From an uncultured bacterium (GTDB taxonomy: Bacteria > Armatimonadota > Abditibacteriia > Abditibacteriales > Abditibacteriaceae): a DNA stretch of 64,000 nt. Each line of letters opens with the position of its first letter. Position 1 is the stretch's first letter. The stretch spans positions 3,174,375-3,238,374 of the forward strand of contig CAWJLW010000006.1 of the NCBI GenBank assembly GCA_963843795.1, read 5' to 3'. A model generated the notes under the pieces. The model was given only the letters and a program-made list of their open reading frames with translations. It ran no database searches and had not been told where the DNA came from. Both the position numbers and the translations under genes were made by a program. Shown one piece after another: positions 1 through 10,088 of this stretch.

Positions 1-220
1 CGACCAAGTTCTTGGCCGCCGACTGCGAACCTTTGCGAATCGCATCTGGGACGCTGGCCGATTTGCCCATACCAACGCCGACATGACCATTGCCATCGCC
101 TACAACGACCAACGACGAGAAACGGCGCTTACGTCCACCCTTGACGGTTTTCGATACCGGCTTGAGCTGAACGACTTTTTCTACACTCAACAATTCTGGA
201 TCAATCTGAACTCTTGCCAC
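1..220 (-). CDS. rpsE: 30S ribosomal protein S5 (5' part; runs off the window)
   Basis: Manual translation from GTG at 220: [60 protein letters not shown] upstream; follows rplR. Confidence 0.95.
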   Translation of the reverse strand, partial: MARVQIDPELLSVEKVVQLKPVSKTVKGGRKRRFSSLVVVGDGNGHVGVGMGKSASVPDAIRKGSQSAAKNLV

Positions 221-299
221 GTTTGAACTCCAATGTTCACCCCGTCATTACGCTAAGGGCGCTGTTGCAAGCGACCCGTTAATGACGGGTCATTGCTTT

Positions 300-668
300 T
301 TAGAAATTAAGACCGGCTTCGCGCGCTGCATCGGCGAACGCGCGCACCGCGCCCATATATTGATTACCGTTGCGGTCGAACACCACCGCGTCGATGCCCT
401 TCTCTTTGGCGGCTTCAGCGATTGCCGTACCGACCACTTTAGCGGCTGCGATGCTGCCCTTGCCGCCATCGACTTCTCCGCCGATAGCTTTTTGTAGCGT
501 CGAGGCCGCAGCGACGGTGTGACCGGTCGTATCGTCAATCAGCTGCGCATGAATATGCGCGTTAGTACGGTTGACGCACAGACGCGGACGTTGCGGTGTG
601 CCGCTGACTTTCTGGCGCAAGCGTAAATGACGACGTTTACGCTTCTGTTCCAATGTTTTCTTTGCCAT
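300..668 (-). CDS. rplR: 50S ribosomal protein L18
   Basis: RPRLCVNRTNAHIHAQLIDD...VVFDRNG...ADAAREAGLNF. Confidence 0.97.
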   Translation of the reverse strand: MAKKTLEQKRKRRHLRLRQKVSGTPQRPRLCVNRTNAHIHAQLIDDTTGHTVAAASTLQKAIGGEVDGGKGSIAAAKVVGTAIAEAAKEKGIDAVVFDRNGNQYMGAVRAFADAAREAGLNF

Positions 669-799
669 CTCGTTCCTTCTCGCTGGTCTTGGTCAGCGAT
701 ACTTCTATCTTTAAATTTGCGCCTGTAAGAACGAACTTTGCGTTCGCCCTTACGATGCGCTTTTGCTTTAATTTTACGACGCAGCAAGTACTTGCTGCG

Positions 800-1381
800 T
801 TATTTCTTCTTGTCGCCCTTAGCCGCTTTGCCCAACTTACGCTTGACAACTTCATCGGAGTAGCGCAGGCCCTTGCCTTTATAGGGCTCAACTTTGCGCT
901 GACGGCGCACTTCGGCGGCCACGTCGCCCAGCATCTGACGGTCGTGACACGAAATCACAATCGTCGAGGCCAGAAAGCCGTTTTCAGTTGTCGGTGTCGT
1001 TGGTGTCGCGGTTGCGGTTACGCCTTCGGGCAACGGAACTGAAATGGGATGGGAGTAACCCAGTGCCATATCAAGAGATTTTTCTTTGGCTTCGGCGCGA
1101 TAACCGACGCCACGCAGTTCCAATTTCTTGCTAAAACCTTCGCTGGCACCGACGACGGCGTTGCTCAGCAGAGCGCGCGTCAGACCGTGTAGCGAACGAT
1201 TGTTGGGCGAATCATCCGGGCGAGAGACGACCAGTTGGCCATCTTCCTGCGTGATCGTAATTGCTCCGGGCACGTTGACAGTATTGGTGCCTTTGGGGCC
1301 TTTGACTGTTACTACGCCATCGTTTTGTGTGATCGTGACGCCGGACGGAATAACCACCGGCGCGCGTCCAATTCGTGACAT
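800..1381 (-). CDS. rplF: 50S ribosomal protein L6
   Basis: MSRIGRAPV...GVGYRA...EPYKGKG; start set at MSRIG. Confidence 0.97.
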   Translation of the reverse strand: MSRIGRAPVVIPSGVTITQNDGVVTVKGPKGTNTVNVPGAITITQEDGQLVVSRPDDSPNNRSLHGLTRALLSNAVVGASEGFSKKLELRGVGYRAEAKEKSLDMALGYSHPISVPLPEGVTATATPTTPTTENGFLASTIVISCHDRQMLGDVAAEVRRQRKVEPYKGKGLRYSDEVVKRKLGKAAKGDKKK

Positions 1382-1423
1382 ATTTTTCTCCAAACAGCGG
1401 CTCACGACGAGCCGTTTAAGTCT

Positions 1424-1819
1424 TTAATAAACTCGCGCCAGCAATTCGCCGCCGACTCCGGCACGACGCGCGTCGCGGTCAGACAAGACGCCGCGCGGCG
1501 TTGACAGAATTGCCACGCCCAAGCCGCCAAGAACACGACCAATATCGGCTTTGCCGACATAGATGCGGCGGCCCGGCTTGGAGACGCGCTCCAAAACCTG
1601 AAAGACGCGCTCGCGGCTATCTGTGTAGCGCAGGACGACGCGAATGCGCCCCTGCTTGTTGTCCGGCGTCACTTCGTAATCGCCGATGTAGCCTTCTTGT
1701 TTCAGAATGCGCGCGATCTCAACCTTCAGGTTGGATGACGGCATCGTCACTTCGGGATGGCGCGCCGTATTGGCATTGCGCACCGCGGTCAAAAAATCCG
1801 CAATCGGATCAGTCTGCAT
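1424..1819 (-). CDS. rpsH: 30S ribosomal protein S8
   Basis: [13 protein letters not shown]...SKPGRRIY...GVGGE. Confidence 0.97.
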   Translation of the reverse strand: MQTDPIADFLTAVRNANTARHPEVTMPSSNLKVEIARILKQEGYIGDYEVTPDNKQGRIRVVLRYTDSRERVFQVLERVSKPGRRIYVGKADIGRVLGGLGVAILSTPRGVLSDRDARRAGVGGELLARVY

Positions 1820-1912
1820 TTATTTTTCCCCATCAGGCGAGCGAACTCGCCAGTTATTTTGCACACGCTATCCGTCATAAAAACGAGCTTTCACGTTTTT
1901 CTGGGACACGTT

Positions 1913-2107
1913 TTACCAAGAGCTTTTCGTCACACCGGGCACCATACCACGATGGCTCATGCCACGAAAGCAGATGCGGCACAATCCGAAACGGCGCATA
2001 TAGCCGCGCGCGCGTCCGCAGAGCTGACAACGGTTTTGCTGACGGCTGCTGAATTTTCCGGTCGCGTTCAAACGCTTGGTTTTGGCGACTTTGCTGGTTT
2101 TGGCCAT
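1913..2107 (-). CDS. rpsN: 30S ribosomal protein S14, short Zn-binding (C+) type
   Basis: [10 protein letters not shown]...GLCRICFR...PGVTKSSW (two CxxC). Confidence 0.96.
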   Translation of the reverse strand: MAKTSKVAKTKRLNATGKFSSRQQNRCQLCGRARGYMRRFGLCRICFRGMSHRGMVPGVTKSSW

Positions 2108-2171
2108 AATCGTTTTTTACTATCTGCAAGTACTTGCGAGCACTCGCTCGCCCATAATTAACTGTTGCGAT

Positions 2172-2786
2172 CTACTGTTGCGGCTCATTCGGTTTGCGCA
2201 GTGGCAAGCCCAATTCGCGCAACAGCTCACGCGCTTCTTCATCGGTTTGCGCAGTCGTTACGAACGTGATGTCCATACCGCGCGTTTTCGTCACCTTATC
2301 GATGTCGATTTCCGGGAAGATGATTTGTTCGCGCACGCCCAGCGAATAATTGCCACGTCCGTCGAAACTTTTGTCGGGAATGCCTTGAAAGTCACGAATG
2401 CGCGGCAAGGCCGCATGAATCAAGCGAAACGCGAAATCCCACATTCTCTCGCCGCGTAAAGTTACCATACAGCCAATTGGCATCCCTTCGCGCAACTTGA
2501 AGTTGGCGATGGATTTTTTGGCGCGCCGAATCGCAGGTTTCTGTCCGGTGATAATTGCCAAATCCGCTGCTGCTGCATCGATCAATTTTGCATCGTCGCG
2601 AGCATCGCCCACGCCCATGTTGACAACAATTTTTGTCAAGCGCGGCACGCGCATCGGGTTAGAATACCCGAACTGCTTTTGCAGCGCGGGCACAGCACTT
2701 TGTTCGTAGCGTTGGCGCAGAGCCGGAAGGTTGGAATCGCTGTCGCTGATGACTTCGTTGGGCACGCCGTTATTTTCTTCTGCCAT
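2172..2786 (-). CDS. rplE: 50S ribosomal protein L5
   Basis: KIVVNMGVG...TGQKP...[10 protein letters not shown]...FDGRGNY; acidic N-terminal extension. Confidence 0.97.
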   Translation of the reverse strand: MAEENNGVPNEVISDSDSNLPALRQRYEQSAVPALQKQFGYSNPMRVPRLTKIVVNMGVGDARDDAKLIDAAAADLAIITGQKPAIRRAKKSIANFKLREGMPIGCMVTLRGERMWDFAFRLIHAALPRIRDFQGIPDKSFDGRGNYSLGVREQIIFPEIDIDKVTKTRGMDITFVTTAQTDEEARELLRELGLPLRKPNEPQQ

Positions 2787-2864
2787 TATTTTGTCCTCCC
2801 TCGAGCCGGTGGCGACATCAACAAAACGTTGCTCGCTCCTCGCTCAAGCGGAAATTAAGATTTT

Positions 2865-3221
2865 TTAGTCGATGACTTCGCCGCTTTTAGCGGTGCGAAT
2901 TCGCTTGCCATCGCGCACTTGCGTTTTGATGCGCGTCGGCTTGTTGGTCTTTGGGTCAACCAGCGCCACATTAGATCGATCAATCGGAAAGGCTTTTTCG
3001 ATGGTTTCGATTTCGTTCTGGTTCTGCGTCGAACGCTGGCGATCTTTCATTACATTGACGCCTTCGACGATCACTTTGCCAGTTGCCGGCACGGTGCCGA
3101 TGACTTCGCGCACTTCTTTCGAGCGGCCTTTGCCCGACAGCACGATGACTTTGTCGCCGGTTTTGATTTTCATCGGTTTGCGACGCGCCTGAGTGTTGTT
3201 ATTGCGAAATTTGACTGCCAT
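2865..3221 (-). CDS. rplX: 50S ribosomal protein L24
   Basis: KTGDKVIVLSGKG (KOW)...VIVEGVN...SNVALVDP. Confidence 0.95.
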   Translation of the reverse strand: MAVKFRNNNTQARRKPMKIKTGDKVIVLSGKGRSKEVREVIGTVPATGKVIVEGVNVMKDRQRSTQNQNEIETIEKAFPIDRSNVALVDPKTNKPTRIKTQVRDGKRIRTAKSGEVID

Positions 3222-3222
3222 A

Positions 3223-3591
3223 TTAAAGCACCTCCGGAGCCAAGCTAACAATTTTCATATAACGGCGTTGGCGCAATTCGCGCGCGACCGGGCCGAAAAT
3301 GCGTGTGCCACGCGGGTTGCCGTTTTCGTCGATAATCACCGCAGCGTTATCGTCGAACTTGATGTGACTGCCATCTTCGCGGCTGACGCCGTATGCAGTA
3401 CGCACAATCACGGCGCGCACGACTTGATGCGACTTAACGGTCGCACCGGGAATGGCGTCTTTGACCGTCGCGACGATTTCGTCGCCGATGTTGCCAAAGC
3501 GCGTGCGGGAGCCTTTGAGAACGCGGATGCACAAAATTTCGCGCGCCCCCGAATTGTCGGCCACCCGCAGGCGGGTTTCATTCTGAATCAT
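3223..3591 (-). CDS. rplN: 50S ribosomal protein L14
   Basis: [16 protein letters not shown]...[12 protein letters not shown]...SLAPEVL. Confidence 0.98.
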   Translation of the reverse strand: MIQNETRLRVADNSGAREILCIRVLKGSRTRFGNIGDEIVATVKDAIPGATVKSHQVVRAVIVRTAYGVSREDGSHIKFDDNAAVIIDENGNPRGTRIFGPVARELRQRRYMKIVSLAPEVL

Positions 3592-3629
3592 TGGGTTTCC
3601 TCATTGGACACCATCGAAAGATGGCGTCA

Positions 3630-3911
3630 TTATTTCGCGCGTTCAACGATTTGCAGAATGCGCCAGTTTTTCTGTTTCGAGAGCGGTCGCGTTTCCATGA
3701 TGCGCACGCGGTCGCCCTCACGAGCTTCGTTGTTTTCGTCGTGCGCCTTGAATCGCTTGGTGACGCGCTGCACGCGGCCATAAAGCGGGTGACGCTTCAA
3801 ACGCACCACAGCGACGACCGCCGTTTTATCCATCTTATCGCTAACGACTAAACCCTCGCGCACTTTGCGGCGACTTTCGCGTTCAGTCGTGCCTTCTGTT
3901 GTTGTTGCCAT
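3630..3911 (-). CDS. rpsQ: 30S ribosomal protein S17
   Basis: [11 protein letters not shown]...HPLYG...ETRPLSK. Confidence 0.97.
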   Translation of the reverse strand: MATTTEGTTERESRRKVREGLVVSDKMDKTAVVAVVRLKRHPLYGRVQRVTKRFKAHDENNEAREGDRVRIMETRPLSKQKNWRILQIVERAK

Positions 3912-3953
3912 GTCTGTCCTTATTATGGCGAGCCGTTAGAACGGCTCGTATTA

Positions 3954-4202
3954 TTACGCTTGATTCGCGCGTGCCGCCAATTCAGTATGAATACGAGCGA
4001 CCATTTTGCGCACTTGGCGAATGCGCATCGGGTTCGATGCTTGTTGCATCATCGCTTGCGTGCGCAGGTTCAACAGTTCGAGGTCGGCTGTGTGGAGCGC
4101 TTCCCTGAGGTCGGCTTCATCAGCGTTACGCACTGCGTCGCGCTGTTCGTGCATCTTCAGGTTTTTGCCGCCACCACCGAGCAATTTATTCAGATCCGCC
4201 AC
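3954..4202 (-). CDS. rpmC: 50S ribosomal protein L29 (N-terminally extended)
   Basis: ELLNLRTQ...[17 protein letters not shown]; lies between rplP and rpsQ. Confidence 0.9.
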   Translation of the reverse strand: MADLNKLLGGGGKNLKMHEQRDAVRNADEADLREALHTADLELLNLRTQAMMQQASNPMRIRQVRKMVARIHTELAARANQA

Positions 4203-4617
4203 TGTTTTCCTCCTCGCGCACGATGAATTTCGTTCTCATCGGCAATTTCATGGCTGCGCGGCGCATCGCTTCCTGCGCCAACTCTTGCGGCACGCCGCCC
4301 ATTTCAAACAGCATACGGCCCGGCTTGACAACCGAAACCCAGAACTCGGGAATACCTTTGCCCGAACCCATGCGGGTTTCTGCGGGTTTCTGCGTCACCG
4401 GTTTGTCCGGGAACACGCGAATCCACACTTTGCCGCCACGCTTGATATAACCCGTCATGGCGCGTCGCGCGGCTTCGATTTGACGGCTGGTGAGCCAGCC
4501 TTCGCCTTGCGCTTGCAAGCCATATTCTCCAAATGCGATATAGTTTCCGCGCGTCGCCAAACCGCTGCGCCGTCCGCGCTGCTGCTTGCGATACCGCGTC
4601 CTTTTGGGCATCAACAT
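4186..4617 (-). CDS. rplP: 50S ribosomal protein L16
   Basis: [15 protein letters not shown]...QIEAARRAM...RMGSGKG. Confidence 0.97.
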   Translation of the reverse strand: MLMPKRTRYRKQQRGRRSGLATRGNYIAFGEYGLQAQGEGWLTSRQIEAARRAMTGYIKRGGKVWIRVFPDKPVTQKPAETRMGSGKGIPEFWVSVVKPGRMLFEMGGVPQELAQEAMRRAAMKLPMRTKFIVREEENSGGSE

Positions 4618-4678
4618 AATATTTTCCTCATCACTCCGCAATCACACGCTGCAAGTACTTGCAGCGCACAATTCGGCT

Positions 4679-5419
4679 TTAATCATCTTCGTAGTTGCGG
4701 CGACCACGTTGGCGGCCACGGCTCAAGCCAGCGACCGGAGCCGCTTCGTCACCGATGATGTCGCCTTTGTAAATCCAGCACTTGACGCCGATGTTGCCAT
4801 ACGTCGTGGACGCTTCGGCAAAACCGTAATCAATATCCGCGCGCAAGGTGTGCAACGGAACTTTGCCGTCGCGCACTTGTTCGTGACGCGCGATGTCGGC
4901 TCCGGCCAAACGGCCCGAACACAACAAGCGAATGCCTTCGGCGCCTTCTTTCATCATGCGTTGCACCGCTTGGCGAATCGCACGGCGGAACGCAATGCGG
5001 CGCTCGATCTGCTGCGCCACGCTTTCCGCCACCAACTGCGCGTCCAAGTTCGGCTGGCGAATTTCTTCGACCGTGACGCGCACATCGCGCTTGGTCAAAT
5101 CTTTTAATGCCGTCTGCAAACGTTCGATGTCGGCGCCGCGCTGGCCGATGACAACGCCGGGTTTGGCGGTGTGCAACTTGACCAGCACACGATTGGCGGT
5201 GCGCTCGATTTCGATACGTGACAAGGCCGGATCGTTATTGCGTTCGCGCGCTGAGGGGCGGCCCGTGCCTTGTTTGGCTTTGAGATGCTTGCGAATGAAG
5301 CGGCGAATCTGTTCGTCTTCGATCAGAAATTCGCGGTAATTGTCTTTGCTGTACCAGCGGCTCTGCCAGGGTTTGATAATGCCCAGTCGCAAGCCATAGG
5401 GATGAATTTTTTGTCCCAC
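4679..5419 (-). CDS. rpsC: 30S ribosomal protein S3
   Basis: MGQKIHPYGLRLG...GRLAGADIAR...VPLHTLRADIDY. Confidence 0.98.
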   Translation of the reverse strand: MGQKIHPYGLRLGIIKPWQSRWYSKDNYREFLIEDEQIRRFIRKHLKAKQGTGRPSARERNNDPALSRIEIERTANRVLVKLHTAKPGVVIGQRGADIERLQTALKDLTKRDVRVTVEEIRQPNLDAQLVAESVAQQIERRIAFRRAIRQAVQRMMKEGAEGIRLLCSGRLAGADIARHEQVRDGKVPLHTLRADIDYGFAEASTTYGNIGVKCWIYKGDIIGDEAAPVAGLSRGRQRGRRNYEDD

Positions 5420-5446
5420 AAAATACTCCTCTTCGGTCGTTGTCGC

Positions 5447-5779
5447 TTAAATTTTTTCTTCGACTACGACAGTGATGTGGCTCATGCGCTTGAGCATCGT
5501 ATCGGCGCGGCCACGCGAACGCGGCAGGAAACGGCGCAACACTTTTCCCTTGTCGATCATCACCGTTTTCACAAACAAGTTGTCTTCGTCCGCGCCTTCA
5601 TTGTTGGCTGCATTCGCTGCCGCACTTTGAATTACTTTCGACAAAATCGGAGAAGCAACGTGCGTGTCCATCGCCAAAATATTCCGCGCTTCCTCGACCG
5701 GCTTGCCGATGACCAATTTGGCCACGCGGCGCACCTTGAGCGGCGTCATCCGCAAATCTTTTAAAATCGCTCTCGCCAT
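5447..5779 (-). CDS. rplV: 50S ribosomal protein L22
   Basis: MARAILKDLRMTPLKVRRVA...SAAANA...SHITVVV; the ORF-track N-terminal extension is spurious. Confidence 0.96.
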   Translation of the reverse strand: MARAILKDLRMTPLKVRRVAKLVIGKPVEEARNILAMDTHVASPILSKVIQSAAANAANNEGADEDNLFVKTVMIDKGKVLRRFLPRSRGRADTMLKRMSHITVVVEEKI

Positions 5780-5852
5780 AATTTCTCCACACCATGTTCC
5801 GCAAGTACTTGCAGTCTGAAAAACGTGCTGCAAGTACTTGCGGAACAGATAA

Positions 5853-6133
5853 TCAATGTTTTCCGGCCCGTTCGGTATGGCCACCGTGGCGACGGAACAA
5901 GCGCGTCGGCGCGAATTCGCCCAGTTTGTGGCCGACCATATTTTCCTGCACATAAACCGGAACGTGTTTGCGACCATCATAAACCGCGATGGTGTGGCCC
6001 AACATTTCCGGGAAGATCGTCGAACGACGGCTCCACGTCTTAATAACTTTTTTGTCGCCGGACTGGTTCATGCCCAGAATCTTCTTCATCAAAGACTCAT
6101 CAAAAACGGCCCTTTTTTCAGTGAACGTGACAT
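5853..6133 (-). CDS. rpsS: 30S ribosomal protein S19 (apparent 1-nt deletion at the A5 run, 6102-6106)
   Basis: ATG at 6133 gives [10 protein letters not shown], then the frame shifts to DESLMKK...KTWSRRSTI...[11 protein letters not shown]. Confidence 0.95.
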
Positions 6134-6171
6134 AGTTTCTCCGTTTCAAAAGCGCTAACTGAAGCGAACGC

Positions 6172-7014
6172 TTATTTGCGTCCCTTGCGCGGGCTGATAA
6201 TCATCTTGCTGCTCGGCTTCTTCGACTTGCGCGTCTTGAAACCAATCGCTTTCACGCCGGTTGCCGAGACCGGGCCGCTCTTGCGGCGACCAATCGGGGC
6301 GCGACCTTCGCCACCACCGTGCGGGTGATCGTTCGGGTTCATCGCTTTACCGCGAACGTGCGGCGTGATACCGCGATGGCGCATACGGCCCGCGTTGCCC
6401 CACACAATCGATTCCCATTCGCTATTGCCCACTTCGCCAATCGTGGCGCGGCAGCTCAGCTGTGCCAAGCGTGTTTCGCCCGACGGCAATTTCAGCAAGG
6501 CGAATTTGCCTTCTTTGGCTTGCAACACAATCGAAGTGCCTGCTGAACGCGCCAACTGCGCGCCTTTGCCCGGAGTCAATTCGACCTCGTGAATCGTGGT
6601 GCCAACGGGAATACGATTCATCGGAAGCGTATTGCCTACGCGAATTTCCGCGTTCGCACCGTTCATCACAAAGCCACCAACTTTCAAACCGTTGGGCGCC
6701 AGAATATAGGCTTTGACACCGTCTTCGTATTGAATCAATGCAATGTTAGCACTACGATTTGGATCGTATTCTAAGGACAGCACTTCGCCGCGCACATCGT
6801 CGTTTTTGCGCTTGAAATCGATCACGCGGTACAAACGCTTATGTCCGCCGCCGCGATTACGCATCGTGAGGCGACCCTGGTTGTTGCGGCCGCCCTTGCG
6901 GGGCAGCGGTTCTGTGAGAGACTTTTCCGGGCGCTTTTTAGTGAGTTCGGTGTTTTGAATCACCGTCATCTGGCGGCGCGCCGGGGAAGTCGGATTAAAA
7001 GATTTAATTGCCAT
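6172..7014 (-). CDS. rplB: 50S ribosomal protein L2
   Basis: GRNNQG...EYDPNRSA...[13 protein letters not shown]. Confidence 0.98.
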   Translation of the reverse strand: MAIKSFNPTSPARRQMTVIQNTELTKKRPEKSLTEPLPRKGGRNNQGRLTMRNRGGGHKRLYRVIDFKRKNDDVRGEVLSLEYDPNRSANIALIQYEDGVKAYILAPNGLKVGGFVMNGANAEIRVGNTLPMNRIPVGTTIHEVELTPGKGAQLARSAGTSIVLQAKEGKFALLKLPSGETRLAQLSCRATIGEVGNSEWESIVWGNAGRMRHRGITPHVRGKAMNPNDHPHGGGEGRAPIGRRKSGPVSATGVKAIGFKTRKSKKPSSKMIISPRKGRK

Positions 7015-7067
7015 AATGGTTACTTTCGATTCTCGCTTTGGAGCTTTCGCTGCGAGCGATATCGCTT

Positions 7068-7373
7068 TTACGCTCCTTCAAAGATTTCTTTCAAGCGCGC
7101 GGGCGAAGAATCGGGGGCCAAACGCACGATGGCTTTTTTGTAGTCGGCGGTTTTGCCGGGTCGTCCGCGACCGGTGCGGCGCGTTTTGCCTTTCACGATC
7201 ATCGTATTGATTTCGGCGACCTTGACATCATAAACCATTTCGACGGCATTACGAATTTCGACTTTATTCGCAGCGGGCTTACAACGAAACGTATAGCGAC
7301 CGGCCATGCTTAAACGCACGCTTTTTTCCGTGATGACCGGACGGTCTAAAATTTGACTAATCGGCTTATTCAT
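7068..7373 (-). CDS. rplW: 50S ribosomal protein L23
   Basis: PVITEKS...ANKVEIRNAVE...YKKAIVRL. Confidence 0.96.
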   Translation of the reverse strand: MNKPISQILDRPVITEKSVRLSMAGRYTFRCKPAANKVEIRNAVEMVYDVKVAEINTMIVKGKTRRTGRGRPGKTADYKKAIVRLAPDSSPARLKEIFEGA

Positions 7374-8026
7374 CCAGCCACCTCCGCTTGACTCGCTTTA
7401 CCTTCGATGCGAATCGTCATTTCGTTCCAGGCGCCTCGCGTGCACAAAACCACTTCGCTGCGAAGTACATCGACCAAACCGGTCTGCGCCACGCTCTGCA
7501 CGACGACGCGCGGCAAGTTGCGCGCGCTCATAGTGATGTTCTTTTCATCAGCGGTCGTCAGGAACAGCACTTTGTTGTCGCTGAACTCCAGCGTCTTGAG
7601 CAGTTCGACCACACTTTTGGTTTTGGGCGTTTCCAGCGAAAAGCCATCCAAAACGTGAATGCGGTCGTTTTGCAGACGCGAATTCAGCACAGTGCGGAAC
7701 GCGGCCTGGCGCATTTTGCGCGGCGTGTCCTGATGATAATCGCGCGGACGCGGGCCGTGAGAAACGCCGCCGCCACGCATATGCGGCGTGCGCTTGTCGC
7801 CCTGACGAGAACGGCCTGTGCCTTTCTGACGCCGAATTTTGACACCGCTCCCGGCAACTTCGGTACGGTCTTTGGTCTTGGCTGTGCCCTGACGACGCCC
7901 CGCCATTTCCGCCACCGCGACTTGATGGACAAGTCCGGGTTTGGCGTTGGCGTTGGCGAGCTTATCGGGCGCGTTTAGTGTGCCGCTCGATTGGCCTTTA
8001 CCATCGAAAATTTTAATTTCTGCCAT
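7370..8026 (-). CDS. rplD: 50S ribosomal protein L4
   Basis: RQGTAKTK...RQKGTGRSRQG...GGGVSHGPRPR. Confidence 0.97.
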   Translation of the reverse strand: MAEIKIFDGKGQSSGTLNAPDKLANANAKPGLVHQVAVAEMAGRRQGTAKTKDRTEVAGSGVKIRRQKGTGRSRQGDKRTPHMRGGGVSHGPRPRDYHQDTPRKMRQAAFRTVLNSRLQNDRIHVLDGFSLETPKTKSVVELLKTLEFSDNKVLFLTTADEKNITMSARNLPRVVVQSVAQTGLVDVLRSEVVLCTRGAWNEMTIRIEGKASQAEVAG

Positions 8027-8140
8027 CTTGATTCCTTTCGCGCCTCGATGCGGACGGACGCGCTATTTATTGGCCTGCAAGTACTTGCGGCGCACTCGCA
8101 GGAATGATCTCGTCCTCAGATCATGTTGATCAACTGGTTC

Positions 8141-8833
8141 TCACGAACCTTTCTTTTCTTCTGCCGCATCGTTCCAATCGCCCAGCAACTCTGCCGGAAT
8201 CTTATTGAAATCATCGGTAAATTTTTTCAAGCCGATATCGGTCAACGGGTGTCTCACGAGCAAGTCAAACGTTGCAAATGGCATCGTTACTACATCCGAG
8301 CCAATCAGCGCTGCGTCGCGCACATGAATGGGACCGCGCGCGCTTGCCGTGAGAATTTGCGTCTCATAGCCGTAATTGTCGTAAATGGTTCGAATCTGGC
8401 GAATCAAATCAATGCCATCAATTCCAATATCATCCACACGACCGACAAACGGCGAAATATAGGTCGCGCCAACTTTGGCTGCCGCCAGCGCTTGCGTGGC
8501 TGAAAAGCACAAAGTAACGTTGGTTTTAATGCCTTCTTCGCTCAGCTTTTTGACCAATTTGAGACCGGACGAAATGAGCGGCACTTTCACGTTCACGTTG
8601 GGCGCGATGTTGGCGACCATATGCGCCTGACGCAGCATATCATCGAAGTTGGTGGCCGTAACTTCAACCGAAACCGGGCCGGGCACCATGCCCGCGATTT
8701 CTTTGGCCAACTCCATAAAAGGCCGATTCTGTTTGGCGACGTGAGACGGATTCGTCGTTACGCCATCCAATAAACCGGTATCGAGAATCTGCTCGACTTC
8801 TTTAATATCTGCCGTATCTAAAAAGAACTTCAT
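8141..8833 (-). CDS. tal: Transaldolase (short TalC/MipB, fructose-6-phosphate aldolase-like family)
   Basis: MKFFLDTA...DGVTTNPS...SVEV...VKVP (Schiff-base Lys)...TNVTLCFS...YISPFVGR. Glu in SVEV and Phe in SPF favour transaldolase over FSA. Confidence 0.93.
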   Translation of the reverse strand: MKFFLDTADIKEVEQILDTGLLDGVTTNPSHVAKQNRPFMELAKEIAGMVPGPVSVEVTATNFDDMLRQAHMVANIAPNVNVKVPLISSGLKLVKKLSEEGIKTNVTLCFSATQALAAAKVGATYISPFVGRVDDIGIDGIDLIRQIRTIYDNYGYETQILTASARGPIHVRDAALIGSDVVTMPFATFDLLVRHPLTDIGLKKFTDDFNKIPAELLGDWNDAAEEKKGS

Positions 8834-8881
8834 CGCTTCACCCCAAACGCCTTCGCAGTCACCTGCACACTCAAGTCCGTT

Positions 8882-9582
8882 CTATTTCTGGCGACGCGCA
8901 TCTTTTTCGATGCGCACCAGGCCGCCCGGCGCACCAGGAATCGCGCCTTTGACAACCAGCAGGTTGCGCTCGGCGTCGATTTCCACAACTTCCAAACCGA
9001 GCTGAGTTACGTTTTCGTTACCAAAACGGCCCGGACGACGCGCACCCGGAAACGTGCGCGCTGGATCGGTCGCGCCGTTCGACGCTGGCTTGCGGTGAAT
9101 TTTTTGATCCGTGACTGGCTTTTTGGCCAACGAACCCGTGACGCTTCATAACGCCCGCAAAACCACGACCTTTGCTTTTGCCTTGAATCTTGATCGCGTC
9201 GCCAGTTTTGAAAAACCGTGTCCACGCCGACCGAACTTCCGGCTGCTGGCTCGTCGCCTTCGGCATCCAAACGGAACTCGGCCAGATGCCGTGTTGCCGC
9301 CGCGCCGCCGTTCTTGGCAAAATGACCGGCATCGGCTTTATTGGCTTCGCCGCGACCGCGATGACCGCTATCGCCGCGCTTGACTTTGCGTCTCTTGCGC
9401 GGAGTCTTGCGTTCCAAATAGCCCAACTGCACCGCTTCGTAGCCGTCTTTTTCTGTCGTTTTGCGCTGCACGACCACACAGGGGCCGCATTCGATAACTG
9501 TTACGGGAACGGCAACGCCATCCTCACCGAAGATCTGCGTCATGCCGACTTTGCGGCCCAACAATCCATTTACTGTTGCCAT
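8882..9582 (-). CDS. rplC: 50S ribosomal protein L3 (two apparent +1 homopolymer errors, near 9211-9215 and 9100-9105)
   Basis: Three frames join: [10 protein letters not shown]...PVTVI / [26 protein letters not shown] / IHRKPAS...[10 protein letters not shown]. Confidence 0.95.
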
Positions 9583-9662
9583 TTTCTTTACACTCAGCCA
9601 GAGGTCAATCCATTACAGACGTGACGTTCGCTGTCCTTTTATGAGCTTGCGCTCGATTAATA

Positions 9663-9967
9663 TTATTTGACTTCGATATCGACGCCCGAGGGCAGATTCA
9701 AATTCATCAGTTCGTCACCGTTTTGGGATCGGGCTCGAGGATGTCGATCAGGCGCTTATGCGTGCGCATTTCGAAATGTTCCATCGATTCTTTGTCCACG
9801 AACGGCGAGCGAATCACGCAATAAATGCTTTTTTCGGTCGGCAACGGCACGGGGCCGCTCAGTTTGCAGCCGGTGCGACGCGCCGTCTGCACGATCTGCT
9901 GCGCCGATTGGTCGAGCAATTTGTGATCGAACGCGCGCAACATAATGCGGATTTTATCGCCAGCCAT
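9663..9967 (-). CDS. rpsJ: 30S ribosomal protein S10 (apparent 1-nt deletion near 9716)
   Basis: [11 protein letters not shown]...GPVPLPT...RTHKRLIDI; the shifted frame gives [17 protein letters not shown]. Confidence 0.95.
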
Positions 9968-10035
9968 ATTTCGCTTTTCCTTAAATCCGACGCTGCAAGC
10001 ACTTGCAGTGCGAAAAATCATCATTATTCAGTCGC

Positions 10036-10073
10036 AAAAAAGCCGGTGAGCCGCAAATGCGCGGCCCACCGGC
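10036..10073 (-). terminator. Intrinsic terminator-like hairpin between tuf and rpsJ
   Basis: GCCGGTGGGCCGC-loop-GCGGCTCACCGGC followed by a T run on the minus strand. Confidence 0.7.
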
Positions 10074-10088
10074 CCAATTGTTGCGATC

